Shown here: positions 26,814 to 39,900 of the stretch, one piece after another
Layout of the letters: the number at the start of each line of letters is the position of its first letter
How positions within the stretch are numbered: the stretch's first letter is position 1
NCBI GenBank assembly: GCA_030390025.1
Contig: CM059433.1
Location: 7,628,001-7,692,000 of the forward strand
DNA: 64,000 bases
Source of the DNA: Squalus acanthias
Lineage: Eukaryota
Direction: 5' to 3'
The notes under the pieces: model-generated
What the model saw: the letters and a program-made list of their open reading frames with translations, nothing else
Databases searched by the model: none
Told to the model about the DNA's origin: nothing
Position numbers and translations under genes: made by a program

Positions 26814-27543
26814 GGCCCAGAAATTAAAGACGGAGCCTTCCTGCGGGGGTAAGGCTTCCCCGCGATATCTCACTGCGCGCCTACCTTTTCCTTCCGAGCT
26901 CACACAAACTTTAGTTTCAAGGCTGCAGCTGTGCAGTGTGTGCGTATCCCACAGACGCAGTTAATTCGTGCGAGCTGTGGGATCACGTGATTCAGTTAGA
27001 GCCAATGGCAGCACACCATCTTTCATTCATAGTTTTGACAGCAAGGGCTGTCAAAGCTATGAATCTATACCCCCCCAAAAGAACAGCTAAACCTCAATTA
27101 AATTTTTTTTAAAAGCCATCACATTAATAAAATAACTATAGTTAAATAAATTAACCACTTTAAACAAAAAATTAAATTTTTGAAAAAATTTAAAATCTTT
27201 TTAAAAGTTATAAAAATAAACTTACCTTTCTTTAAAGTCTCTAAAAAAGATAAACCTGTTGAAATTTTTTAAAAATAATACTTAATTAACTACTTACCTT
27301 GTTAAAAGAGGGTCTTACGCCTCCTTTCTTTATGTGCAAAATCTTCCATGCTTACCTGCGCGTTCAAAGCACTAAGTGCACTGCGTGCGCGCACGCGGTT
27401 CACTTAGGAACCGCCCCCTTTTGAGTTCACCAAGTGCCGGTTTTCAGCGCATGCGCAGTGCATGCAGAAAACCGGCAATTGGAGACAGAATACGCGAGAG
27501 TACACAGTGCGTACTCTCGCGTACTAAGACTAATTTTTGGGCC
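26814..27543 (+). mobile_element. ~740-bp MITE with AT-rich core, copy 1
   Basis: TIR GGCCCAGAAATT / AATTTTTGGGCC; highly similar to 38738-39477 and 54698-55441. Confidence 0.85.
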
Positions 27544-27589
27544 ATAGTGTTTGGAAGAAGTGGAGACCAGGATGGGTTAGATAGGTATT

Positions 27590-28151
27590 GGGGGAAAAAT
27601 TGAGTTGTGCCCCAGAAAAATTAGTGCCCCCGCAGCCGAAATTGAGTGGTAGCGCCCCAAGAGGGAAACGGGGCGCTACTGGAAACACCCCGCCTCCCTC
27701 TTGGGGCGCTGCGAGGGAATATCGCTGCGGCACGTTGCGCCGCGGTATTGCAGGCCTTCCTCCCCTTCTTAAGGGGGAGGGGCCTTGCGCAGCGCGACCC
27801 GGGGCCCAGCTGGGCCACTGGGGATCAGAGTGCCAGCAAAGGAGCCCGGCACTCAAGGGAAGTGCCGGGCTCATGGAGCGCAGCCGGCACTCTGCGGGGG
27901 CGGCTGTTCAAGAGGCCAGGGACGGCAACTGGGGCAGGCGCTGGCAGGCAGCCAGCAACAAAAATGGCCGCCCGGCACCTCGCTGGCGGCATAGCGCCGC
28001 GGGCCGCTAACAATTACCACCGCTGTTAACCTCCCGCTGAATTTCATGGGAGGTGTTGGCGGCGCCGCGCCCGGGCGCTAGTTGCTTTGCGCCCAGTTAG
28101 CACCCTCTTAGGGCGCTAACGGGAGGCGCAAATCAACCGAATTTTTCCCCC
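27590..28151. mobile_element. GC-rich Harbinger-type MITE (related family, opposite orientation)
   Basis: TIR gggggaaaaatt / aatttttccccc; same GGCGC-rich subterminal motifs. Confidence 0.75.
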
Positions 28152-28816
28152 AATGAATCATTTAAAAAAAATTTAAGTGCCTGTTATCGCATTGATCATA
28201 GTTTGCAGGTGCTCTCTGTCTTACCTGTCTGTTGTCTTCATCTTGCTACTCCTCCATCCTTCGTTCCCTGCTTATCTGTGTCATTTTGTTCATTTTTGCT
28301 CATCTCCTGTGTCTTCCTGTTTCTCCCTTTCTTTGTCTTTGTCAACATTCTCTTTGACTGTGAGCTTGGTGCAATATCCTTTCTTGTCACTCTCAACCCC
28401 TGCAACATTTGATAGTGGACCACACGATCTTCCTCCATCGCCTCTCTGCCGTTGTCCAGCTCCATGGGATTGCCCTTGCGTGATTGCACTCCTAGCTATC
28501 CGTACACAAACCAGCAGATCTCCAGCAATGGCTTCTCTTTTTGGCACCCATGTCCTCCAAGGTTCTATCCATTGACTCCTCCTCTTACTCATCTATATGC
28601 TCAACTTTGGTGACATCATCCATAGGCGTGCAGTCAGCTTTCACGGGGGGGAATTTGTACCAAAAATATGGGTGGGTTGGGGTCAGGTGGGAAGTTAAAG
28701 TATTAAAAATCTGAATCCCGACCAGAACTTGCCTCCAACCCGCCCATTTCTGGTTTTAACGGAGGTGGGACGGGAGGCGAGCATCCAACCCGCTCCCATG
28801 AGGCGTGTAGCCCATT

Positions 28817-30042
28817 TGTAAGGTTTCCAAAATTTGCAGATCCCCAAAACCTAAGGAAAAAGGACTTTGGAACCACCCCAGAGTGATAAAAATGCATTTG
28901 GGCCTAACATAAGGAATTTAAGACCAAAAACCAAGTTTTGGCATTTTAAAAAGACATGTCTGGACCTGTAAGGGAGAAAAGGCTGCACAGGAGGTGGGTT
29001 CGACCTCTGTAATAGCAGTTTTGGGTATTGCAGTTAAATTGCATTGTCTGGGGAATTGGGATGACCTCACTCAAGCCCCAGCAAGCATTAACATTTGGAC
29101 AATAGGCCCTGGGAGAAGGCAGCCCCACCCAAATCACAGACCCATCAAAACCATGCATAATTCAAATTGCTCAGGAACATTCTACAGAAAAACCTGAGTC
29201 CAGCCTAGAAACCCAAAACACGAAACCAATCACCTGTAATCAACCGAAGAGATCGACAAGACGCAAGCCATTTGACACTTAGTAAAGTCGTTACTGTTAA
29301 CGAGGTCTTACAATGACCAGGATTTGATTTGGTTTTGACAAGGCCACTTCAATTTAGTATAATTGAAGGCCCATCAAACAGTTACAAGTTCGAGTTCTCC
29401 AGTAAAACAGTTCAAGTTCAACAGAATTAAAAGCCTGTGTTGAACAGAAGTCAGGGCTGCAGTTACAGAAGCAGGCAGAAGGCAGTTTTCACAGTTCTGC
29501 AAGAAGGCAGTTCCACAGCTCGGAAGAAGACAGTTTAAACAGAGGCAGAGTTACAGCAAGAAGTTAAACAAAGAAGGCCAACAGCTTCACAAGCAGACCG
29601 ACACGCAAGAAGAAACCAGAGCGACTGCCTCAGTGACCATCGGACACCTCGCGGCAACAAGGGCCTTACAAAACTTTTTACTCAAGACTCTAAACCCTAA
29701 CTCTAAACTGTCAAGGATTCATTTGGTGAGCATTATCCCTGGTTCTCCAGAGTCCAACCTAGCTAGTGAAGTGGGATTGGGAGGGGTGAAGTATTCTTCT
29801 AATGTTATCTCCCTCGCCTGTACCGTGTGTTCCCCAACCTGTTTAAGTGTTAAGTGAGTTTTAAGTTTGTTACCTTTTTCTTTTAATAAAAGTCAAAACT
29901 CTTTCATCCAAACCTGTTGTCTACTGCATCTTTGTTCACAACCCCCAAATAAGTCCAAGGTCTAGAACCAGGGGCGTGGGAGCGATTCGAACCGTTCACG
30001 GAGTCAGAGGTGAGGTTGACCCCTACCACAACACCCCCTACA
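28817..30042 (+). mobile_element. Solo LTR (ERV or Gypsy type)
   Basis: TGTAAGG...CCCTACA termini, 4-bp TSD CATT on both sides, TATAA near 29358, AATAAA near 29885. Interrupts a MITE. Confidence 0.8.
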
Positions 30043-30384
30043 CATTTAAATATTATAATGAGGCTGGCATGCCTCAGATTTAACCACCATTTTAAATTTA
30101 ACAGTGGCTGGTCGGTTTTTGCAGGCCTCATGAAACCTGCCAGCTAATGGAAGGACAGAAATGCTGGATCCAGGAGGTAAGTGCCTTTACACTCACCTCC
30201 TGGATCCAATGTCCCTGCCTAACCCCACCCCCGCAATTGGAGACACCCCACGAGGCCTCCCCCCATACTCCTTTGGCCCCCAAATGTCGTCTGCCCCCTC
30301 CCCCCCAATGCTCCTCTGGCCCCCACGTGATGAGCCCCCCGATGTGCCACTCCCGGCTTCCCCCCACCCTCCCCAGCTCCTCCG

Positions 30385-30487
30385 ATCAGCTCTCGTTCCC
30401 ATACCCTGTTCCTCTGTTGATCTCTCGTTCCCATACCCTGCTCCTCTGTTGATCTCTCGTTCCCTGCCCCCGCGATGATCTCTCGTC
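30385..30487. repeat. ~32-bp minisatellite (about 2.5-3 units)
   Basis: atctctcgttcccataccctg(t/c)tcctctgttg repeated. Confidence 0.75.
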
Positions 30488-33311
30488 TCCACCCTCCCCC
30501 CCCCCCCCCTCCCCCAACCATCCCCTGGCCCCCACGCGATCCCTTGCTCCCTCCTCTCTATGGCCTAGTGCCTCTCAACCTGGCTGGCTGCGGTTGGGAA
30601 ACAGGTTTCTAATGCAAATCAGGCCCTGCCATTAAACTCGGCAGGGCCTACAGGAAACTCGTTCTCCTGGGTTTCCCGACTGCTTCCATGCACCCACCCG
30701 CCAAACTATTAAAATTCAGGCCCATGTGTATCTTTGCAACCTTTTCCAGCATTACTTCTCCCCTGCACCCTTCGGTTCCCGGACTCTGGAATTTTGTATA
30801 TCCTCTCTCCCTATTGCGCACTATTGGTAGCCAAGCCTTCAGCCACCTTGGCCCCATTCCAAGGTCTAAGGGCAGCAATGGAAAGCACTGTGAAGGGAGT
30901 GGTGGTCCAGTACTCTTGCCTGATGTCTGCTTCCGCAACCTCATCCAGTTTCCATTCCTACCTCTTGCTTCCATTGTCTTCTATGCTTTCCCCTTTACAT
31001 CACCCTCTCAACCCCTGTATTTTGCCCACCCCTCTCCCTTACTCCCATCATTGTGCCTCAGCAAGAATGGCCATTTTCAGGAGGAGAAAGGGGAAAGAAA
31101 TTAGAAAATACTCAAAATCCTCTAACAATGCTTGAAAAGTATGTTCATTATGCTATTTTGGAGAACATTAAGTTAATTATTCTAATTAATTATAAATTTG
31201 ATATGCAAATTAGATTGCTCCAAAAATAATTTCCCATGAAACCAAAGTGAGAAAATATTGATGAGATGTTACTAATTAGCCAGAGGTTAAATGATTACAA
31301 AACTGAATCTCAACTGGATCTGATATCGTAACTGACAGGTAAATTTCTAGACTTGAGCAACTTTAATAACCAACATCAACACAGTTGTCTATCTTGAGCA
31401 CGAGGAAAGATCCCCAATAAATGAGTACCACAAGCCATAAAAATCATTATCGAATCAAAATAAAGCCACACCCCATGGCAGAAAGCTGTAGTTCTCTCAT
31501 GCTATCACATGCCTGGTGACAAAAAGTGGACATCACTGTTACAAGATAGATTTGAATGGAGTCCGTTGTTTATCCCATTCTTCCAGAATACTGGCCTTAC
31601 CATATCTCTATTACAGTATCTAACTATTTTCTTCAACGATTCCAGACTCTGGGACTCAACCGCTGTTGATGCAAGACTGGGGTGTCCAAATTATAGCCCA
31701 CAGGCCATATGTTGCCACTCAAGTCCCGGCAATTCAGTTTCTATTTCTGCTCGTAGTTCTTACTCTACTGGTTTCTTCTCTTTGAATTTTATGGCCCTGG
31801 AAATTCTCAGTATTGGCACATTAATCCTAAATTTAAACATTGAAATCTGTTAGGTGTATACAGATTAATGGTTATATTCATTTAAACGTTATATATAGCT
31901 CATGGGGCTAAGTGGCCCACGGAGACAAAAAGATTGGACAACTATGGTAAAATACTTCCTGAGCCTGTCTTAAACTTTCCCATCACAACCGTAAACCTCT
32001 GCCCTCCTGCCCTGTTTCTGGCATATCTGAAAAGTTGAGGTCATAGTTATTTTCACTAGAGCTGAGAAGGTCAAGGGGAGACCTATTAGAGGTCAAGATT
32101 ACAATGAGGTAGATAGTGATGGATTGTTTCCACTAGTTGATAAGACAGTAATGAGAAGGTGGTACACATTTAAGAACTAAAGAGGCTAGAAAAAAAATTG
32201 CTTTACAGTGAATTCTCCATAAACTGTTGTTGAAGCAGAGTCCAAAAAATACTTTAAAAGGGAATTAGTTGCTTGAAAAAGTGGAATATTAAAGGGCTTG
32301 GAAAGCAAGCAGGAGAGCAGGATTTCACTAGGTGCCTCAAAAAACACTGGCACAGACTTGATGGGCTGAATAGCCAACTTACTGCAATGTTTTTCTCTTT
32401 CTACTGAAATATAATAAATATTTATCAGTCTGTGCACTACAGTGCTATCAATAGACTGCAGCTCGCAAACAGGTCGAGAAAATCAGTTCTGGGGAACAAC
32501 ATCCTACAGTACTGACCTGAGGCAGGGGTTGGTTTATTAATGCATTATGCCATATGACAGTATGACTGGGATTTGCGGTTGTCAGGAAGCACAAAGCAGC
32601 GTTCAGGCAAATCCCACAGAGAGCAAAAATAAAATCATCAGTTGCTTTGAGTTGCTTTTTTGATTACATTTCTGTGAAGTGCTTTGGGATGTTTTTTCTG
32701 CATTAAAAGGTGCTACATAAATGCAAATGATTGTTGCTTTTACATACATTATGACAGCTGACCAAAACACCAGTTGAAATTGAAAAAGGTTTTAAGAAAA
32801 TATAGAAAAGAGAATTCATAAATATAAAAAGATAAATGCCTGCTGAACCAAATTAATAATTATTTTAGAATATGCTGGCTACATTTTTAACTCAATTGAT
32901 AATCTGCTCTGCCACACTCACTCATCTCTTCATTTGCAATGTGTTCACCTGAATGCATCCTTTATTGCCCTCTTTGATTCTGCCTCAAATATAAATCTGT
33001 ACTGACTTGACGCCAGAATTTGCCACCTGTGTCCCTCTTTTGCATTCCTTCAGATATAATCTGTATCAAGAAATAAACAAGACATTTTGAATCGCTTTTA
33101 ATACAATAAAGCCCAAAGGCAGAAATGTCAGATGAATAAACAAAAGAAACAAAAACAGGAAACAGAAAATATTTTGAAATTATCTCCAAAGTCTCAAATA
33201 TTAAGATTTATAAAATATTTGTTTTAATGATCACATTATTAAGCTTATGTTTATCCAAAGAATCAGATCTAACAATGTCATAGCAGTGTCCAGTATAACA
33301 GGAAAATCATA

Positions 33312-34053
33312 GGGTGCGATCTTGCCAGCCCTGGGGAGGCGGGACTGCCGGGAAAATGGAAGAATCTGGGGGGGGGGGGGGTGACCATCCCGCCCCCGTG
33401 CCATCTTTCCAGGAGGCGGGTAGCCGACAGGCAGATAAGAGGATTATCCCCATTTTACCCACACAAGTGCGGGATTCCCGAAGGCTCCAAACCCCGCCAG
33501 GGTCACCGAGGCGAGCAGTGGGTCTGCGGGGTGTAAAAGTGCGCTGTGAAGGTAAGTGATGGGCGCAAGTGTGGAGTGGTGAGTATCTGAGGTAAGTGGA
33601 AAGTGATAGAAAAAGTTTACTTACCTTTGTTTCTTCCTGCAGGCTTCAAGAGTTGGGTATGCGGAGAGTCTCGCACCTCCGCGGCAGAGATGACAGATGG
33701 CTGCTGCATTCTCTAATGCAACAACCATCTAATTTCTGCTAAAGAAAGTGGTTTGATGAGTCTTGAATTCAAGAACTCATCAAACTACAGAGAATGTCAG
33801 TGTTTGACAGCTTCACAGAGCTGTCAAACGGTGACAATTCATCTGTCAAAAATTTGACAGATGAAACGTCATACGCTGACGTTCTCTGTCACCGGCTTTC
33901 CCTTAATTGGCCTGCTAAGCCCGCTGGGTGGGCTCAACAAGGTCAATCAAGGGAAAGTAGCGTGGGTTGGCCAGAAGTTGATGGAGGCGGGACTAAAACC
34001 TGACACGTGGGAGTCCCGCCTCCAAAAGCTCCCCATTGGCAAAATCCATCCCA
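33312..34053. mobile_element. MITE, Harbinger-type TIR
   Basis: gggtgcgatcttgcc / ggcaaaatccatccc; subterminal sequence resembles the Harbinger right end at 45000-45149. Confidence 0.65.
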
Positions 34054-34212
34054 TAAATTTATTTTTAACACCCTAGGAGAAATATGCAGTAGAGCAGTTC
34101 TAGAACTGCCACCATATTTTCAGGGAGGCAGTTCCCAAGAAACTCCAACATGTTTAGACAAAAGTGAGAAGTCGCACAACACCAGGTTATAGTCCAACAG
34201 TTTTATTTGAAA

Positions 34213-34249
34213 TCACAAGCTTTCGGAGCGCTGCTCCTTCGTCAGGTGA
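34213..34249 (-). ncRNA. Minimal hammerhead ribozyme (inverted copy)
   Basis: Exact reverse complement of 35247-35283. Confidence 0.8.
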
Positions 34250-35246
34250 AGTAAAGGAATACAAATCGACAAAGCATATATAGATAGAGAACAATGCATG
34301 TGAAGCGTACAATGGCAGACGACTACATTTAATCCTCCTGACTGCCTTTTGTCACACCTCGGCAGATAAACAATCAGGTCAGCCAGGAAGGCACCACATC
34401 AAAGACATAGCAAGATACAACTGAGACAATGAGGTGGGGTTACAGGGGGTCTAATGTGTCAAAAGCTGCAGTCTGTATGGAAAACGATAAACTTTAAAAT
34501 TTTTACTTTTTTTTTTACTGGAAATCACATCTGTGAACAAGCCAACGACGACTTGAGTCTGGATGACTACGTCATGTAGCGTGACATGAACCCAAGATCT
34601 CGGTTGAGGCCGTCCTCATGGGTGCGGAACTTGGCTATCAGTTTCTGCTCGATGATTTTGCGTTGTCGTGTGTCTCGAAGGCCGCCTTGGAGAACGCTTA
34701 CCCGCAGATCCGAGGCTGAATGTCCTTGACTGCTGAAGTGTTCCCAGTCGGAGAACACTTCAGCAGTCAAGGACATTCAGCCTCGGATCTGCGGGTAAGC
34801 GTTCTCCAAGGCGGCCTTAGAGACACACAACAACGCAAAATCATCGAGCAGAAACTGATAGCCAAGTTCCGCACTCATGAGGACTGCCTCAACCGGGATC
34901 TTGGGTTCATGTCACGATACATGACGTAGAGTCATCCAGACTCAAGTCGTCGTTGGCTTGTTCACAGATGTGATTTCCAGTAAAAAAAAGTAAAAATTTT
35001 AAAGTTTATCGTTTTCCATACAGACTGCAGCTTTTGACACATTAGACCCCCTGTAACCCCACCTCATTGTCTCAGTTGTATCTTGCTATGTCTTTGATGT
35101 GGTGCCTTCCTGGCTGACCTGATTGTTTATCTGCCGAGGTGTGACAAAAGGCAGTCAGGAGGATTAAATGTAGTCGTCTGCCATTGTACGCTTCACATGC
35201 ATTGTTCTCTATCTATATATGCTTTGCCGATTTGTATTCCTTTACT

Positions 35247-35283
35247 TCACCTGACGAAGGAGCAGCGCTCCGAAAGCTTGTGA
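35247..35283 (+). ncRNA. Minimal type I hammerhead ribozyme
   Basis: TCAC-CTGACGA-A-GGAGC-AGC-GCTCC-GAAA-GC-TT-GTGA: conserved core, stem I, stem II, palindromic stem III. Confidence 0.8.
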
Positions 35284-36944
35284 TTTCAAATAAAACTGTT
35301 GGACTATAACCTGGTGTTGTGCGACTTCTCACTTTTGTCCACCCCAGTCCAACACCGGCATCTCCGCATCATGGCCAACATGTTTAGAGATACTGCATAA
35401 GGAAAGAAGATGCCATCTATTGTACCGGTTTTGTATTTGAATTGCAGCTCAATATTTTTCACCTCCCATCCTAGAAAAACATAAATGGCTTTGTATTTTG
35501 AGCACAACCTACTGTGAGGATTTCTTCTTTCCATGGGTTTTCATTTGTTGATGAAAGGCAAGCAAAATAAAGTTAAGTTCTTGATCGAAAAGCTATCACA
35601 AAAACATATGGGGGTGGAAGAGAAATTATGACTACACGTGTATTAATAGAAGAACATGACTCCAAGCTGCTACCTTTAGTTCTTTTTCTCCAACTAGCAG
35701 ATGCAACATGAACATGTGCACGGCTGCATGACAGTAAAAGGCCACTGTTCCCACCCAAGTTTCTTTTAAAGCTCTCCAGTTGTGCAGATAACTTACCCAC
35801 CATATACTGAGTATAACGATTTAAAAAAATACTGCAAAATCATCAAGTTCAATTTAAGCTTTGCTAGTAGGGTATGCCATGAAAACAGATTAAGGGGATG
35901 TGAGGGGTACACTGGCATAACTTAGCCCTTTTACTCTGGGACACAGGTTGGGCTCCACATTGATCAAAAATTTGGGGCAGTTCCCAAGTAACCCAGTTCC
36001 CTATGGGTGGAAGTCCACAGCACGACACAGTTAAACACACAGTAGCAATCTCACTCAGAAAAGGCAGTAAGAATGATTGGTTTGGGAATTAAAAAAAAAA
36101 ATATTCATAACAACACAGAAGAGGGTGGTCTTCTGAAATTGGACAGAATAGCAGGAGCTTTATTCGGCACTTGGCTATGCTACACCTGACTTGAGAAAGT
36201 GATGTCAACAAACACTTGCGGCACGCAAAACATGAAACTCCAAGGGAGCAACTTTAACAATACCTAATAAAAAAGTGATGTAGTGATTACATATAAATCT
36301 ATTGATGGTTTTTAAAAAGCAGAAACCAGTCACATCAATGTTTAGTACCTGGATAAAAATACAATAACCTTGGGAGCTGAAATACAATTTTCAATAAAAA
36401 GGCGACTCTCATTTTTAAAATTCATTTCCATTAAATTTGCAATAAAAAGCAACTATCATTTTTTTAAATTTCATTTCCATTCCTGTATTTATTAGGTTAT
36501 TGTATGACTTTTAACATTTAAATACAGCTGTCTATAATGGGGCTAAGTATTTAAAACATTCAATTAAAAAATTACATAAATATTGCATGGAAGGGTCTAT
36601 GTGGAAGTATAACTGGTTATGTCTAGTCAGTGACCCACCAAATTTGAGAAATCCACTCTTCTCTCCCAGAGGCTCCAACTTCCCTTGTGAAATGACTCAC
36701 AAACAATTTGGATGTGTTTGCCATCACCTCTCCCCAGGCTTCCTATCTATCGGACATCAATCCTGTCCCCTACCTTTAAAAATGGACATCCAGGTGTCTC
36801 ACAATTTTTTTAAATTTTGTGTATATGTCACTTCACTGAACGTAACTATCCTGATCTGTCTGCAAATGGGTCGTATTCCCAGATATGCAATACAGCTGTT
36901 ACTATCTCTCAAATCCTAAATAATATGCCACCCCAGACAAAAAC

Positions 36945-39900
36945 ATCAGATACCAAGTTCATGATTTTATTTCACAGCTCATAAATTTAAAAAAAAACCA
37001 CATTACATAGTATTTATATTGACATATCAGCACAAAAAAGTGGACTTCAAAAGGTATTAAATTATAATTGTATCTCCTAACAGCAGGCTGGGTCATGACT
37101 TAATCAAGTTAAATTATGAGAAAGTTCATCTAGATAAATTAAGTTGACAATAATTACAATTTATTTAAGGAATACGGTGTAAAATGTCTGACTAAAGTAT
37201 ATCTTGAGGTTTTATGTACAGTACTGTAACTTGCCCATTTTGTAATTCGAGCAGCAATTCTGCCTACTATAAACACAACACAATTTAACATCTGCAAAAG
37301 AAGCACCCCAGTTTGTAAAAAAAAAGGTAGTGTTACAATGGAGGGACTTTTGAGGCAGAACCATGCAATTTTCACCTTTTTGCAGTTTCAGCCACCAGGG
37401 AGCCAGCCACAGCTCTCGTCAACTATCGGTGGCACTAGCATGTGATTAGCAATTGAGGAACCCAATACCATCACGAGTGAAGAGGAGAAAGCCTTAGTGC
37501 ATTTAAAGTGTGGGGGGGGGGGGGGGGGGAAGATTTCAAAAAAACAGTAAAATGATTTTTTGTGTCGTGTGAAATTCTGATATCTCTCTGGGTAAAAACC
37601 TGAGGCAAGCACAAGGATTCGACCAGTCTCATATCAAATGAGGTAGAAAGTATCAACAAACCCTTTAATTTGAGCTAACCTGATCTGGCCCCCTTGTTAA
37701 GTTACATACAATAGCTTAAGCCTACAAAGTTACAGGTTTTGGGGGGGAAAAAGTCATCAATTTATCAGAATAAGATCAGGAAGGAAGATGGGTGGTACAG
37801 CCTGGTCAAGCTAAATCACACCAATACTGGCTGTGGAGCTTCATGAAAAGGGTTTAGCAACAGGGATGATTACTGCTCTTAAGACTTGGGAAACCTGATC
37901 TACCGCCCACCCCATAACTACTTTTTGGGGTTGGGGGGGGGGGGGGGGGAAAGTATTTCCTAGCACTTTAGCAACCTGCTTTACCAGAGTTATCCCTGTT
38001 TGAGGAATTGAATGTTTAAGGTTGAGTCTGCAGTGCTATCTTCTTCGGTGGCACCTACAAAACCTATCATGCATTGGTTTCCTCTGATCTTGACTGTACT
38101 TACTACAGAAACAACAAAGCTTTGAGCCTTACCCGAGAGGATACTCAGACTACAAAGTGAGGCTTTGGATGAAGGGAAGGTACCTGAAGTAATGTGTGAG
38201 ATCATCCATGTGGCGATCTAGTCATACACTTCAATTTTGGCATATTCAAAACTTTTTTTTTTTAATTTCAAGGTAATCTCCCTCCTGTTTCCTATCCCCT
38301 CTTGGTTGACCTGGGTCACATACCAACTGTTTTTGAGGGGGCAGATGATCAACCTACAGTCAGACTCTATTACTGCTGCTCTGACTCAACCATGAAAAAG
38401 TACACTAGAGGCACTACTGTTTATTTTCACTCCCTCCCTGGGAAATTGCATGGTCTCCAATTGGCACGTTGTTACAGAAATGCAATTGAATTCAGAAATA
38501 GTTGATGTGGAGGGTAGGGGAGGGGTGGCAACATTTCAGTTCTCAATGTAACAGCTCACTGATGTCTCAATGTGCTGCCTTAACATCGTCATGGCCACTA
38601 AGGCCTTTTAAAAAAAATTAAAGATATTGCTTGAACACTTACCCTCAATGTTTGAGTAAAATAAATGTAAAAACATGATGGGTTAATGGGTGCTACATTA
38701 AACCATCAACAGGACAACCTTTCTATTTAGAAACCATGGCCCAAAAATTAGTGCCGCTACGCGAGAGTACGCACTGCGTACTCTCGCGTATTCTGTCTCC
38801 AATTGCCGGTTTTCTGCATGCACTGCGCATGCGCTGAAAACCGGCACTTGGTGAATGGAAAAGGGGGCGGTTCCTAGCTGAACCGCGTGCGCGCTACAGG
38901 CTGCGCGCACGCTGTGCACTTAGTGGTTTCAACGCGCAGGTAAGTACGGAAGATTTTACACATAAAAAAAGGAGTAAGACCCACTTTTAACAAGGTAAGT
39001 AGTGAATTAAGTATTATTTTGAATTTTTTTTAACAGGTATATCTTTTTTAGAGACTTTAAAGACAGGTAAGTTTATTTTTATAACTTTTTAAAAGATTTT
39101 AAATTTTTTCAAAAATTTAATTTTTTATTTAAAATGGTTAATTTATTTAACTATACTTATTTTATTAATGTGATGGTTTTTTTAAAAAATTTAATTGAGG
39201 TTTAGCTGTTCTTTTGGGGGGGTATAGATTCATAGCTTTCACAGCACTTATGTGAAAGTTATGAATGGAAGATGGTGTGCTGCCATTGGCTCTAACTGAG
39301 TCACGTGATCCCACAGCTCGCACGAATTAACTACGCCTGTGGGATACGCAAGCCCAGCACAGCAGCTGTCCAGAACATCAAGTTCGTGCGAGCTGGAACT
39401 GAAAAAGCCTACGCGCAGTGAGAGATCGCGGGGAAGCCTTACCCTCGCACGAAGGCTTCCTCATGAATTTTTGGGCCCATATTCCAAGATGGTGGTTTGG
39501 CAATGTTGGGGAAATACAGGATAAATATTTTTCTACAAAATACAGAGCAACCATTTAGCAGAGTTTATTTTTAGGCAGGGTTTAAACATGAAAAGGTTCC
39601 AATGATCTTCCTTATGGCTTTCAGCTTCTTTGAAAACCTGATGCAGTTTACACAGAAAACTGTAAAAAACATTTAGAACAAAAACTCCACCTTAAAAATG
39701 ACAAAACTATGCAATACTGGTGTCTCAGTGCAGGGGGGGGAAATCACATGGTTCTATCCTCAGTCTAGTAAAAGGGTAAAGTGTCACTGAGTTAATTCTG
39801 TTAGATAGGCAACCTAATCCTGTAAAGAGAATGGGAAATGGATTTTACTGTGCATGACAAATTGACTGTAGTTAATAGGTTACACTGAATAATGCTTTCT

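Larger units (their letters stand above)
28644..30723. mobile_element. Harbinger-type MITE interrupted by the solo LTR
   Basis: Ends gggggggaattt / aaaattcaggccc; sequence rejoins across the LTR. Confidence 0.6.
34159..35374. mobile_element. Penelope-like element (family B), fold-back inverted structure
   Basis: ~587-bp inverted arms, each with a GIY-YIG C-terminal fragment (EHFSSQGHSASDLRVSVL...EQKLIAKFRTHEDGLNRD). ~35-nt unpaired 3' tail. Perfect 14-bp TSD ccaacatgtttaga. Confidence 0.92.

Noticed and set aside
30385..30487. CRISPR-like array
   Set aside because: Head-to-tail units without unique spacers, in eukaryotic context.
36392..36482. ~48-bp tandem duplication containing AATAAA
   Set aside because: Degenerate AT-rich duplication; the signal is on the strand opposite E2F6.
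37990..38205. Extra E2F6 exon from the 71-aa ORF
   Set aside because: No E2F similarity and no convincing splice sites.
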